From: Macrostomum lignano
Lineage: Eukaryota
Direction of reading: 5' to 3'
Length of the DNA: 64,000 nt
Assembly: GCA_002269645.1 (NCBI GenBank)
Contig: NIVC01001095.1
Location: forward strand, 1-64,000
Position numbers and translations under genes: made by a program
The notes under the pieces: model-generated
Databases searched by the model: none
Seen by the model: only the letters and a program-made list of their open reading frames with translations
What the model was told of the DNA's origin: nothing
Part shown: positions 1 to 11,003 of the stretch, one piece after another
How the letters are laid out: every line of letters begins with the position of its first letter
Numbering within the stretch: position 1 is the first letter of the stretch

Positions 1-3
1 GGG

Positions 4-55
<52 letters not shown>

Positions 56-100
56 CAGATAGATAGATAAATAGATAGATAGATAGATAGATAGATAGAC

Positions 101-140
<40 letters not shown>

Positions 141-178
141 TGATAGATGGATAGATAGATAGACAGATAGATAGATAA

Positions 179-259
<81 letters not shown>

Positions 260-300
260 CAGATAGATAGATAGATTGATAGATGGATAGATAGATAGAC

Positions 301-395
<95 letters not shown>

Positions 396-432
396 CAGAT
401 AGATAGATAAATAGATAGATAGATAGATAGAC

Positions 433-468
<36 letters not shown>

Positions 469-506
469 TGATAGATGGATAGATAGATAGACAGATAGAT
501 AGATAA

Positions 507-587
<81 letters not shown>

Positions 588-655
588 CAGATAGATAGAT
601 AGATAGATAGATAGATATATAGATAGACAGATAGATAGATAGATAGATAGATAGG

Positions 656-687
<32 letters not shown>
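1..687. repeat. (GATA)n microsatellite
   Basis: Near-perfect AGAT tandem array with occasional AGAC/AAAT variants from the window start. Confidence 0.98.
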
Positions 688-1285
688 AATTTTCAGTTAA
701 GTTTAGGTAAAAACACTTATTACGTTACTATCAGTAGACTGCAGGATAAGCTATAAACTAAAATCTTTGAGCCATTATTTTTAAAGTACAAAATACAAAC
801 AAAAAGCGTGGTAGGCCCTGGATTTGTCTTTCATTTCTATTCATCGGGCCTCTCTTACCCATTACCGCAGTTCTACCCATTATTCTACTGGAGCACTAAT
901 ACTATAGACGAGAGACAAAAAGGTCACACGGAGAGAATAGTGAGCAGCTAGTAAAACAGGCCAACTAAGTGGTATGGAACTAACAAAAAATGCCAAGCCA
1001 TTACAGTTAAATAATAAGCTATAATGGACTCGAGCGCGTGGGCAGTGGACAACCCAAGCTAAAGAAATTATAGAAAGCTGACTGACGCTGCACTAAAAGT
1101 TTACTGGTTCAATGTTATAACACAAACAGAGACAGATATTAACCAAGTGGGCACAAAATTTAAGTATAACTATAAAATATTCGTTTAATTTACAACAAAT
1201 GATTTGTCATTGACAACTGGTTTGGAACTAAAATAGACATTTGAAGCATTGATTAAAGCTATGAAAGCCCTTAGTTTAAATAATT

Positions 1286-1692
1286 CTGGGTGTCAGGCCT
1301 TAGGCTCCAAGATGACTGGGTGTCAGGCCTGAGATTGCAAGATAATTGGGTGTCAGGCCTGAGATTGTAAGATAATTGGGTGTCAGGCCTGAGATTGTAA
1401 GATGATTGGGTGTCAGGCCTGAGATTTTAAGATAATTGGGTGTTAGGCCTGAGGCTCCAAGATGACTGGGTGTCAAGCCTGAGGCTCAAAGATGATTGGG
1501 TGTCAGGCCTGAGGCTCCAAGATGATTGGGTGTCAGGCCTGAGGCTCAAAGATAATTGGGTGTCAGGCCTGAGGCTCAAAGATAATTGGGTGTCAGGCCT
1601 GAGGCTCAAAGATGATTGGGTGTCAGGCCTGAGGCTCAAAGATAATTGGGTGTCAGGCCTGAGGGTCCAAGATGACTGGGTGTCAGGCCTGA
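1286..1692. repeat. 30-bp minisatellite
   Basis: Unit GGGTGTCAGGCCTGAGGCTCAAAGATAATT repeated about 13 times; explains ORFs 1427..1639 and 1440..1700. Confidence 0.95.
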
Positions 1693-1799
1693 GTTTCTAA
1701 GAAGACTAGGTGCCGCAGGGAATGCACCATGACAAAGAGCCATCCAGGTGCAAGTTTGACAGAAGTCCCCAATAACAAAAAAATGGATAAAAAAATTAC

Positions 1800-2163
1800 C
1801 ACATCAAAGGAGTCGCCGCTGCAGCTGCCGCTGCCATTGCTGCTGGCGCCGCGATAAGCCAGCTGTTGATAAGGTGCAGTAGAGGCTGTAGTCGCTGCAG
1901 CAGAAGCAGGTGTTGCAGAAGTTGCAGAAGCATTGGCGCCATTGCTCATTAGGGCTAGGCCAACAGACTGAGTAGGAGTAGCCTCATTGCCAGATGCAGT
2001 AGTAGCAGACGATGAAGATGAGGACGATGCCGAACAGGAGGCATTACTGTTGTTGCTAGGGGGAATTGCTACAACCCCGGTCGCCACCGAGGGGTCCTGC
2101 TGGTCGGCTGTCGATTGAAGAGAACTGCCGACGAGTCCGATGTTGCATTGCATGTCGGTTACT
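1800..2163 (-). CDS. UBASH3: Probable third visible exon of the UBASH3-like gene (Ser/Ala-rich linker)
   Basis: Acceptor cttgcag|A at 2164/2163 is phase 2, matching the phase-2 donor at 9224 (CAC AG|A gives Arg). The exon ends GAT GTG|GTAATT at 1800. GC-rich and open. The sequence itself has no recognisable domain. Confidence 0.55.
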
Positions 2164-2214
2164 CTGCAAGCGTTTAGCAATATATATGTACAACTCGAAC
2201 TAAGCTAAATAATG

Positions 2215-2509
2215 CTGCTAATAATTGATTACATCTGCCCTAATGGGCGAATGTGCAACCGACAGCTCAGCCGCAGCTATTTGCGCGGCGCATCTGAAGG
2301 CTGCGTACGGCTGTTCAGTCCAAGGACTGGGGAGTCACCACACACACCCTCAATTACCCCAGCTAATGCTGGCACCCATTTTACAGCTGGGTGAACTGAA
2401 GCAATGCAGAGAGTTAAGTCTCTTGCTCAATTGTTCCAAGTGGGGTCGAGAATCGAACTCCTGACCTTTCAGTCGTGAGTCTGACGCTCTAACCACTAGG
2501 CTGAAACCC
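2215..2509 (-). mobile_element. tRNA-derived CORE-type SINE
   Basis: Minus strand: tRNA-like head with A box TAGTGGTTAG and B box GAGTTCGATTC, then TTGAGCAAGAGACTTAACTCTCTG...CAGTTCACCCAGCTGTAAAATGGG resembling the MIR/CORE domain. A similar tail, TTAGGGCAG..GTAATCAATTATT, also occurs near 27870. Confidence 0.7.
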
Positions 2510-3304
2510 ATAAAACCCCTAGCGTACAGTTTAGAAGGGGTTGCAACCAAGGTAACACACTCCCTCTCTCTCTCTTTGGCTCGCCTCTCTCCGTCTCAAA
2601 CCTCTCCCTCTCACTCTACCACTCGTTTACTCCCCTCTTTACCTGCCTCCAACTGAACCATTCCCACTAGATATTTGGATTAACCATAAAACATTGGGTG
2701 CATCGTCTGACTTCCTCGGTTCGAGTGAGAAGAGGTGAGAAGGAGAGGCGTAAGAAGGTAAGAGAGGGGTGAGGAGAGGGCGAGTAAGAGGGAAAGGAGT
2801 AAGGAGAGGGATATTGAGAGGGAGGGAGAGAGGGGGAAATGAAAAGCAGAATGGTTTGAAACAATAATCAAGGCTTATAGAGTACAAATCAGAATAGAAT
2901 ATAAGAGGGCAAGATGGCCAGTTATCCGATCCGTAATAAGAAATAATTATATGCATATTTGTATTTGCATCAAGGACTGTGCCATATTGAATTAGCTAAT
3001 AATTTCATTACGGTTGCGTTCGTTCACCCTTTGCCCCCCTGATGTTCTCGTGAATTAGCATTTTGCTGAGTGAATCGGCATTTTCTGTGCATAAAAATGC
3101 TTTAACCCAACGGACTTGGGGTCACGCGAGGATAGAACAGACCCAATGGCTCTCTCTCTCTGTCTCTCTCTCTCTATCATCACGAGCGTATGCTATGCGT
3201 TAGTTACAGGAATATATTAAACCTGTTCTTCTGTCAGTTTTTACACTGATCAACCAATGGGTAATGCCTAGATAGATCATCTTTTGCCAAAAGCGGAGAA
3301 GATA

Positions 3305-3625
3305 GAATAGGGTAGATAGGAGACTGGCAGTGTGGAAGATAGGAGACACTGGCAGTGGGGCAGATAGGAGACTGTCAGTGGGGTAGATAGGAGACTGGCA
3401 GTGGGGTAGATAGGAGACTGGCAGTGGGGTAGATAGGAGACTGTCAGTGGGGTAGATAGGAGACTGTCAGTGGGGTAGATAGGAGACTGGCAGTGGGGTG
3501 GATAGGAGACTGGCAGTGGGGTGGATAGGAGACTGGCAGTGGGGTAGATAGGAGACTGGCAGTGGGGTAGATAGGAGACTGGCAGTGGGGTGGATAGGAG
3601 ACTGTCAGTGGGGTAGATAGGAGAC
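3305..3625. repeat. 23-bp minisatellite
   Basis: Unit GGGGTAGATAGGAGACTGGCAGT in tandem. Confidence 0.93.
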
Positions 3626-3999
3626 AAAACAACATTCAGTCAAGTAAGATTAAGGGAAGGAAAAGATCGGGATCTAAGACCCGTAATGACTGAGCATACC
3701 AACCACACTGCTCAAAAGTAACGCCCACACGAGCTCAACAGAGAGCTATGCAAGGCTCAATATAGTTAACAATAACTGTTTTTTTCCTACTTAGAAAGGG
3801 TTCAGTTGGCTAGCAATAAACCATTTTAATAGCAGTGAATTATTGCCCTAACTGCCGGCATATAATGCTCTTTCTTATATTTTCAGTCAGATCGAATGAA
3901 AAACAGATGCACTCGACTACAAGAGTAAATTATTAGAATCGCTGTAAGAATGGGATTCAATAATGTTAAAGATATAGAATGGGGATTACAGCTATTGAA

Positions 4000-4340
4000 T
4001 GGGGATCAGAGCCAAAGAACTTACAGTTCTGTGATCAGAGCTACTGAATGAGGATCAGAGCTACTGAATGAGGATCAGAGCTACTGAATGAGGATCAGAG
4101 CTACTGAATGGGGATCAGAGCTACTATATGGGGATCAGAGCTACTGAATGGGGATCAGAGCTACTGAATGGGGATCAGAGCCAAAGAACTTACAGTTCTG
4201 TGATCAGAGCTACTAAAATGGGGATCTGAGCTACTAAAATTGGGATCTAAGCTACTAAAATGGGGATAATATGAGCTACTAAAATGGGGATAATCTGAGC
4301 TACTAAAATGGGGATAATCTAAGCTACTAAAATGGGGATA
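4000..4340. repeat. 20-24-bp minisatellite (same family continues at 8914-9170)
   Basis: Units GGGATCAGAGCTACTGAATG and GGGATAATCTGAGCTACTAAAATG. Confidence 0.9.
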
Positions 4341-4862
4341 TGTTCTGGAGCTGCCACTGGGAGCACGAGACTTGCCCGCAGGCGAACTGCCCGCCGAGAT
4401 TTGCCCGCAGGAGATTTGCCCGTCGAGATTTGCCCGCCGAGGTTTGCCCGCAGAGATTTGCCCGCAGTGCATTCTGCCCGCAGGAGATTTGCCCGTCGAG
4501 ATTTGCCCGTCGAGATTTGCCCGTCGAGATTTGCCCGTCGAGATTTGCCTGTCGAGATTTTCCCGCAGAGATTTTCCCGTCGAGATTTTCCCGTCGAGAT
4601 TTGCCCGCAGAGATTTGCCCGCAGAGATTTGCCCGCAGAGATTTTCCCGCAATGCAGTTTTAATCTTGCAAAAATCGACTTATACTTATCGAAATTATTT
4701 ACCTGCCAGATTTCAACCGTGTGAATCTGAAACTCTTACTGCCGCAAATGCATAAGATATTTCTTTGGCATTCCGCAGACACCTCAAATTTCCTTTCTGC
4801 TAAATTACTGTAGCCTGTTCTATAATCTTTTGTAGCAGCAATTTTTTGCTGGTGCCTGGTGG

Positions 4863-5070
4863 TAGGGATGGTAAAATCCCGGCTAGTTTCCAATCCCAGG
4901 ATTGTCGGGTTCGGGATATTCCTGTCCAACTCCCATAAAATCCCCAGCATTTTCAGTCCCAGCAAATCCCGAAAAATTGAAATCCCGCTGAATGGTGGGC
5001 AATTTTAAGTCCTGAGATTGGAATTCCAGGTGTTTGCTCTCAAATCCCGGTCCCGGTATTGGAATCTCTA
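4863..5070. mobile_element. hAT-like MITE nested at the inner edge of the left MULE TIR
   Basis: Ends TAGGGATGG...GGAATCTCTA with CCCGGGAT-type subrepeats. Near-perfect 8-bp TSD CCTGGTGG/GCTGGTGG. Absent from the right TIR. Same family as the elements at 54472-56109. Confidence 0.7.
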
Positions 5071-5788
5071 GCTGGTGGAGCGCTGTCTGTTTCAAATTCA
5101 CATGTCAGCCGCCTGGATTTTATCACCTCGATCTGCTCAACCACCGAACGACAAATCCAGTAAATAAGCCATGGAGTCCTATATGGTGCATGTCGGGGAC
5201 CCCACGACATTTTATAATCTGGCCCTTACATAGAGTATGAGTATGCAGAGCATTTTCTAAAAACATCGCCTTGTGCATGTGGCGACGGGCAGCTGGCTTA
5301 TCTATATAACAAATTTAATGAAATTTAAAGACCTGCTTATTAACTCCTCGCTAAAGATCCAGAAAGCAGTGTAAACAAAGTCTGATGTGATTCTTTCTCG
5401 CTAATTCTATCCTGGACCCCTATATCTCAATTCCCAGTCTTCGATAAAATGTCCATAAAATCTGTCTGGATTTCATTCTCTCTGGGTCTGGGTCTGGGTC
5501 TGGGTCTCTCATTCTCTCTTCTCTTTCTGATTGGCTGCAGGCACCCCACCCCTTTAGCCTCCTTCTTGTCTTGCGTGCCCCTCATTCCTTTGATCGCGCC
5601 TCCTAACCCAACCCCTCTCTTTGCCCACCCCTCCTTTCTCTCAACCCCCTGTTATCTCCTATAATATATAAATACACTGCCCTTCCTTACTGCTTAGTGT
5701 ATTCAACTTTAGTCTGGTCAAGTTAGACTGCGACAACTCTACATATATAAAGTGAATTTCAAGACAACGTTAATAACAAGCAGACCAC

Positions 5789-7231
5789 ATGGAAGCAGCT
5801 CCTCCCATCGCTGTGCGCTTTAGTGCAACAATTCGTGGGAAGCGCAAAGCAGCCTGCGAAGGCTACTACTTTACACTTGAAAGAACTAGCCTGGTCGACG
5901 AAGAGGTGTCATTTTGGCAGTGTGAAGAACGGCGCTTGGGATCATGTCCTGCTCGAATCCACATCCGGAATGGCTTTAAAGTGCGACAGCTGAATGACCA
6001 CAATCACGGACCTGACGGCTCTCGATTCCAAGTTCTTGAGGCTCTTCCGGAGATTAAATCGGATGCCAGGAACACCGTGAATTCGACGGCAAATATCGTC
6101 ATGGAACACACAAATGGGCTGTCTGAGTGTGCAGGCATAGCCCTTCCATCTCAAAGCGCATTAAAGCGGCAAGTTCAAGATGTTCGTCAAACGCACCAAG
6201 GTCTTCCAGTACAGCCGCTCAACCGAGCCGAGCTCATTATACCTGAAGAATTTCAATTCAACAACGGAGCACTGTTTCTGCTGCATGACTCCGGACAGGA
6301 CAACAATCGAATTTTAATCTTCGGTAGCGAGGATAACATTCAAGCCCTGCAATTGGCGACAGATTTCTTCTCGGACGGCACATTCGATGCCTCGCCGCCA
6401 CTGTTCGCTCAACTGGTGACAGTGCATGCCGAACTTCAAGGCTTCATAAGACCACTCATCTACGCATTGCTACCCAACAAGACCGAAGCAACGTACTGTC
6501 GATTTTACGAGGCTCTGCATCAATTGGCGCCGAACATGAGGCCACTTCGCTGGATGTCAGATTTTGAGCGAGCTAACATGAATGCTGTTCAGCATGTCTT
6601 TGGCATCGAGTCAACAGGCTGTCTATTTCACCTCGTTCAGTGCGTGTACAGAAGAGCAGTTGCTGAGGGATTAAAGCGTCAGATTGAAGAAGAAGATGGC
6701 GAGATGTCCGTCTGGCTGCGTTGCCTTTCTGCTTTGGCCTTTGTGCCTATTAATAGTGTTCCAGCAGCATTTGATGAGTTAATAATGCTGCCTGACTTTC
6801 CTGCGGAGATGGCTTCAACAGCAGACTATTTTGAAGCCCAGTGGGTCGGCCATCGACTTCCTGGCGGAGGAAGACGGCAGCCTCGATTCTCACCTTCAAT
6901 TTGGAATGTTCGTGAGCGAACTTTGAATGGACTTCATCGCACGAACAACGCAGTTGAAGCCTGGCATAGGAGGTTCCAGTCAATTCTGGGTTGCAGCAAT
7001 CCGAATGTTTTTCGGCTCATGAAGGACCTCAAAAAGGAAGTCGAACACCAGGCACTGCTGATGCAGCGAGCCAACGCTGGTGAAGCACCGAAGGAGCGGA
7101 AGAGATACGTGCAGAGCAACGCGATGCTTCTTCGCGTCACGCAGCGTTGGAACGTCGAAGGTGGCGGTCTGCCTGCTGACTTTCCTTTGCGTTCCTACCT
7201 GAGGGGCATCGCTCACCATTTGAAGAAGTGA
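5789..7231 (+). CDS. MULE transposase (FLYWCH zinc finger + DDE domain), 480 aa, intact
   Basis: FLYWCH-like motif GYYF..FWQCEERRLGSCPARIH..NDHNH; catalytic-type motifs SDGTF, MSDFE, CLFH and RTNNAVEAWH; no stops or introns. Confidence 0.93.
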   Translation: MEAAPPIAVRFSATIRGKRKAACEGYYFTLERTSLVDEEVSFWQCEERRLGSCPARIHIRNGFKVRQLNDHNHGPDGSRFQVLEALPEIKSDARNTVNSTANIVMEHTNGLSECAGIALPSQSALKRQVQDVRQTHQGLPVQPLNRAELIIPEEFQFNNGALFLLHDSGQDNNRILIFGSEDNIQALQLATDFFSDGTFDASPPLFAQLVTVHAELQGFIRPLIYALLPNKTEATYCRFYEALHQLAPNMRPLRWMSDFERANMNAVQHVFGIESTGCLFHLVQCVYRRAVAEGLKRQIEEEDGEMSVWLRCLSALAFVPINSVPAAFDELIMLPDFPAEMASTADYFEAQWVGHRLPGGGRRQPRFSPSIWNVRERTLNGLHRTNNAVEAWHRRFQSILGCSNPNVFRLMKDLKKEVEHQALLMQRANAGEAPKERKRYVQSNAMLLRVTQRWNVEGGGLPADFPLRSYLRGIAHHLKK

Positions 7232-8913
7232 TCTGATTGACAACGGTAGCTATCCTTACAATTTTGGTTTCTTGCTGCACTACACTAAGAAGCAATAAAT
7301 TTAATATTCTGTGCTCTAGTTTCATTGTGGCCTATATAATAATAGTTCCCGCTTCCATGGGATTCGCAAAGGCATTCACTTTGTGCACTTTAAACCCTCG
7401 TATTTAGCACTGCGGTTGCTTCTAGTTTCTGAAATTTGGTTAGGTCAGAGAAGTTCAGTGAACCCACAGTCTTCTGCCTACATAACAACTCACCCCTCCT
7501 CCCCATTCCCTTCCCTTCCTCTTGTAGGTTGCCATTGTAACTGTATCACTGAATGCTTTTGTTGCCATGTACTCCGTCATCCACCTGTTCCTGTCTTGCG
7601 ATGCACAGTAAATGTTAACAATTGGTCAATCATTTTCATATTGTTTTCATTATTGCTCAATCAAAAGTTATCGTTAAGCGAATGCAAAGTGAAAAATGCA
7701 GTAGAGTACAAAGTTGTTTTAAGTAATTGAACCCAAGGACTTGATTGAAAGGGAATGAATAGGGAAGGATCAAATGGATGTGCTGGCGCTGCACATCGGA
7801 AGATTTGCTCCTTTGGGGTGCTAAATTCCGTTAATGTGTGAGCTAAGTAGAGTGAAAATTGCTAATTTACCTACTGCAATTCATTTTCGCTTGTATTATG
7901 CATGCATAGTGATTGTACAATCGCTGTTGAACCTGTTAATTCGCAATTAATACCAATGATACCTACAGCCTCACCATCTTTTGACTTGCGACGCTTAAAT
8001 ACCTTGTTCTACTTTTTGCCAAGTGAATGTACAAAAATAGCTATTGTATTGTGCGGTTCTGTCAAGGGAAAAATAAAGTCATTACCTTATTAAAATATGC
8101 GACAAGCTATGTGAGCTGCTCCACCAGCAAAAAATTGCTGCTACAAAAGATTATAGAACAGGCTACAGTAATTTAGCAGAAAGGAAATTTGAGGTGTCTG
8201 CGGAATGCCAAAGAAATATCTTATGCATTTGCGGCAGTAAGAGTTTCAGATTCACACGGTTGAAATCTGGCAGGTAAATAATTTCGATAAGTATAAGTCG
8301 ATTTTTGCAAGATTAAAACTGCATTGCGGGAAAATCTCTGCGGGCAAATCTCTGCGGGCAAATCTCGACGGGAAAATCTCTGCGGGCAAATCTCGACGGG
8401 AAAATCTCTGCGGGCAAATCTCGACGGGAAAATCTCGACGGGCAAATCTCGACGGGCAAATCTCGACGGGCAAATCTCGACGGGCAAATCTCCTGCGGGC
8501 AGAATGCACTGCGGGCAAATCTCTGCGGGCAAACCTCGGCGGGCAAATCTCGACGGGCAAATCTCCTGCGGGCAAATCTCGGCGGGCAGTTCGCCTGCGG
8601 GCAAGTCTCATGGACCCGCTGCCACTGTCTCGTGGTATTTTTTAAACTTTTCGTTAGCAATAGCTACATGTACGTTCAATTAGGCTAACATATTTATTTT
8701 GCTCATACGTACAGTCCCTAATTATTGATCGCACCACTTTCATTCTTCACTGATCGCCCCACTCCAAATTACGCTCCCGTGTATTGTACGCTTTCACTCA
8801 GCTCATTAAATATATCGACCCAGAGCATCTCGCTCAAGAGGCCTTTTTCGTTTTTCATCGTTTCAATAGCGCAGCATATAGTTTGTCTTTCATCTCGAGT
8901 TATTCTAGCAACC

Positions 8914-9170
8914 AGGATAATCTGAGCTACTAAAATGGGGATAATCTGAGCTACTAAAATGGGGATAATCTGAGCTACTAAAATGGGGATAATCTGAGCT
9001 ACTAAAATGGGGATAATCTGAGCTACTAAAATGGGGATAATCTGAGCTACTAAAATGGGGATAATCTGAGCTACTAAAATGGGGATAATCTGAGCTACTA
9101 AAATGGGGATAATCTGAGCTACTAAAATGGGGATAATCTGAGCTACTAAAATGGTGATCAGAGCTACTGA
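8914..9170. repeat. 24-bp minisatellite
   Basis: GGATAATCTGAGCTACTAAAATGG in tandem; forms the spurious SSDYPHF tail of ORF 8905..9606. Confidence 0.95.
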
Positions 9171-9223
9171 TGAAAATCACACAAAAGGCTCTCATAGTTA
9201 CACAAACAATTGTAAACAAATAC

Positions 9224-9606
9224 CTGTGCAGAGTCCAGGCTTCGCAGCAGGGAATTCGTTGAGCGCATAGCAACGGAAAATTGCCCATAACGCCGGTTTC
9301 CACGTTGAATCCGAGGCCCCAGCTGTGCTTGGGCGGATTCACCCTGCCAACCAGAGCGACCCGATCTGTCGAGCTGTAGTGCAAATCGCCGTCGCAGTCT
9401 TCGGCCAATGGTCGCTCGCAGGACATCCGATAGAGCGGGTACAGCTGCTCAGTCAGTCCGTTTTTTAAACGAACGTCGCGCGATAACAGGCGAAGCTGCC
9501 ACGCGCCCGAGGCTGAGGCAGCGGGCGCAGCTGCGTCGGACGGGTCGGGCAGGACCGCTCGGGTGTCCGGGTCGAGACGAAAGTGCTCGCTGATCTCCTT
9601 TTGCAC
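9224..9606 (-). CDS. UBASH3: UBASH3-like second visible exon (end of the 2H domain + divergent SH3)
   Basis: Acceptor gcag|GTG CAA in phase 0. WQLRLLSRDVRL...WGLGFNVETGVMGNFP...EAWTLHR parallels UBASH3 (FSRDIRF...GWIYGTSLTTGCSGLLP...STWIFH). Donor AG|GTATTT. Confidence 0.8.
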
Positions 9607-9712
9607 CTGCGATGCGGAGGGTGGGGGTGTTCAACTTGGTAAATCTCTGTAGACTAGCTGCAATCCAACCTAAATAACCCATATTGGAGCTGCAATCCAA
9701 CCTAAATAACCC

Positions 9713-10614
9713 AGTAGTATAGGAAAAGTAGGTTTGAGCGCAACCCATTTTGAAAAATCACAAAAAACAGATAAAAATCGACTAAAAACAGGTGAAAATT
9801 GTCTGAAAACAGTGATTTTAGTGATTTTTCAAAAGTTTCGAAAAATTGCTTTTTGCGCGATTTCGTGAGTAAAACCACAAGAAATTTTTGATTCGTGGGT
9901 TAAAATAACCTATTTTCAGGTTTCATCATTTCAAAACTAGCATCAAATTTAATAATAGTCTTTTCTCCCATTGCATAACGCCCTTCAATAAGCCAATCTT
10001 ACTAGCTTTGCTTTTAACGATCAGTCAGCTACCATCTATGCATAAAAATTGTCCACTCGAGGCATACAATGCTTCTACAAAAGTCAATAATTTGCTCCTG
10101 CACATTCGCTTTGTCCCGAGGCTTTGAAATGGTTTTAATGCTGTTCTAGATTTGTACTTAAAGATAATAGAAGACATTCAAGAACATGGAGCGCTAATTT
10201 AAATTTTTCGTGGCATGCATACTCGACTACTAGAGCACTAACCGCAGCACTCAACATTTCTATTGGCTGCCAAAATTTCTGCCAAAACCAAAATTTTTGC
10301 CAAAATTTCTGCCAAAAAGTGTTTGGTTTTGGCATCCAATAGGAGTGGCTCGTGCAAATCTTTTGTGTTCACCCTCTATCTAGCTGTAAAAAAAGACATG
10401 AAGTGGGCCACGCAAGTTACAAACGAACAATGCTCTCGCGACCCTACCTACGGACGATTTCACTAACCCTTTTCTAAATTATGTATCTTAAAAATGGAAC
10501 AAATAGCAGGAGAAATTCTCCTCAAAGCAATTTTTATATTGTGACTCAGCTTTAACGTCGTGCGAAACCCACACTGAGTGAAGCGTATGGTCAAATAGGC
10601 TCTCGCAGGAACTC
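9713..10614 (+). repeat. Polinton left TIR (902 bp)
   Basis: Reverse complement of 16672-17573; only one mismatch noticed (AAAACCATTTC vs AAAGCCATTTC). Confidence 0.95.
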
Positions 10615-11003
10615 ACCAAACTAACTATACATAACCGCAGCACTGAACATTGCTATTGGCTGCCAAAATTTCTGCCAAATCTTGCGACCAAAATTTCTGC
10701 CAAAAAAGTTTTGGTTTTGGCAACCAATAGGAGCGTCTCATGCTAGTCTATTGTGTTCACCCCCTTTCTAAAAAGACACGAAGCGCACCACGTTACAGAA
10801 TCATGCAAGATAAGAGACTATACAATAGGCGAACCACTAGAGTATAATGGAGAAGGTCTTTTTTGATACTATAAGCACCATATCAAACTTAGTAAAAGAC
10901 AAATCTACCTTTCATAGAACAGGCAGGTGCAGCAGCAGGCTCTATTGCTACAGCAGTTAACGCAGCCTAAGTCTGTAGATTACTTAAATTTATTTTTATA
11001 AAA

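Larger units (their letters stand above)
4359..8617 (+). mobile_element. Full-length Mutator/MULE DNA transposon
   Basis: 9-bp TSD GCTGCCACT at 4350-4358 and 8618-8626. TIRs of about 490 bp (4359-~4854 and ~8122-8617) with internal GAGATTTGCCCG subrepeats. Central transposase ORF. Confidence 0.95.

Noticed and set aside
2443-2509. tRNA gene on the minus strand
   Set aside because: A and B boxes are present but the acceptor and anticodon stems pair poorly, and it runs into a CORE-like body: a SINE head.
8627-8913. Older insertion separating the two halves of the 24-bp minisatellite around the MULE
   Set aside because: No terminal repeats or TSD could be found for the ~290-bp segment.
10135-10466. 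Identical small ORFs at 10135/16951 and 10263/16820
   Set aside because: Mirror images inside the TIRs with no protein-like features.
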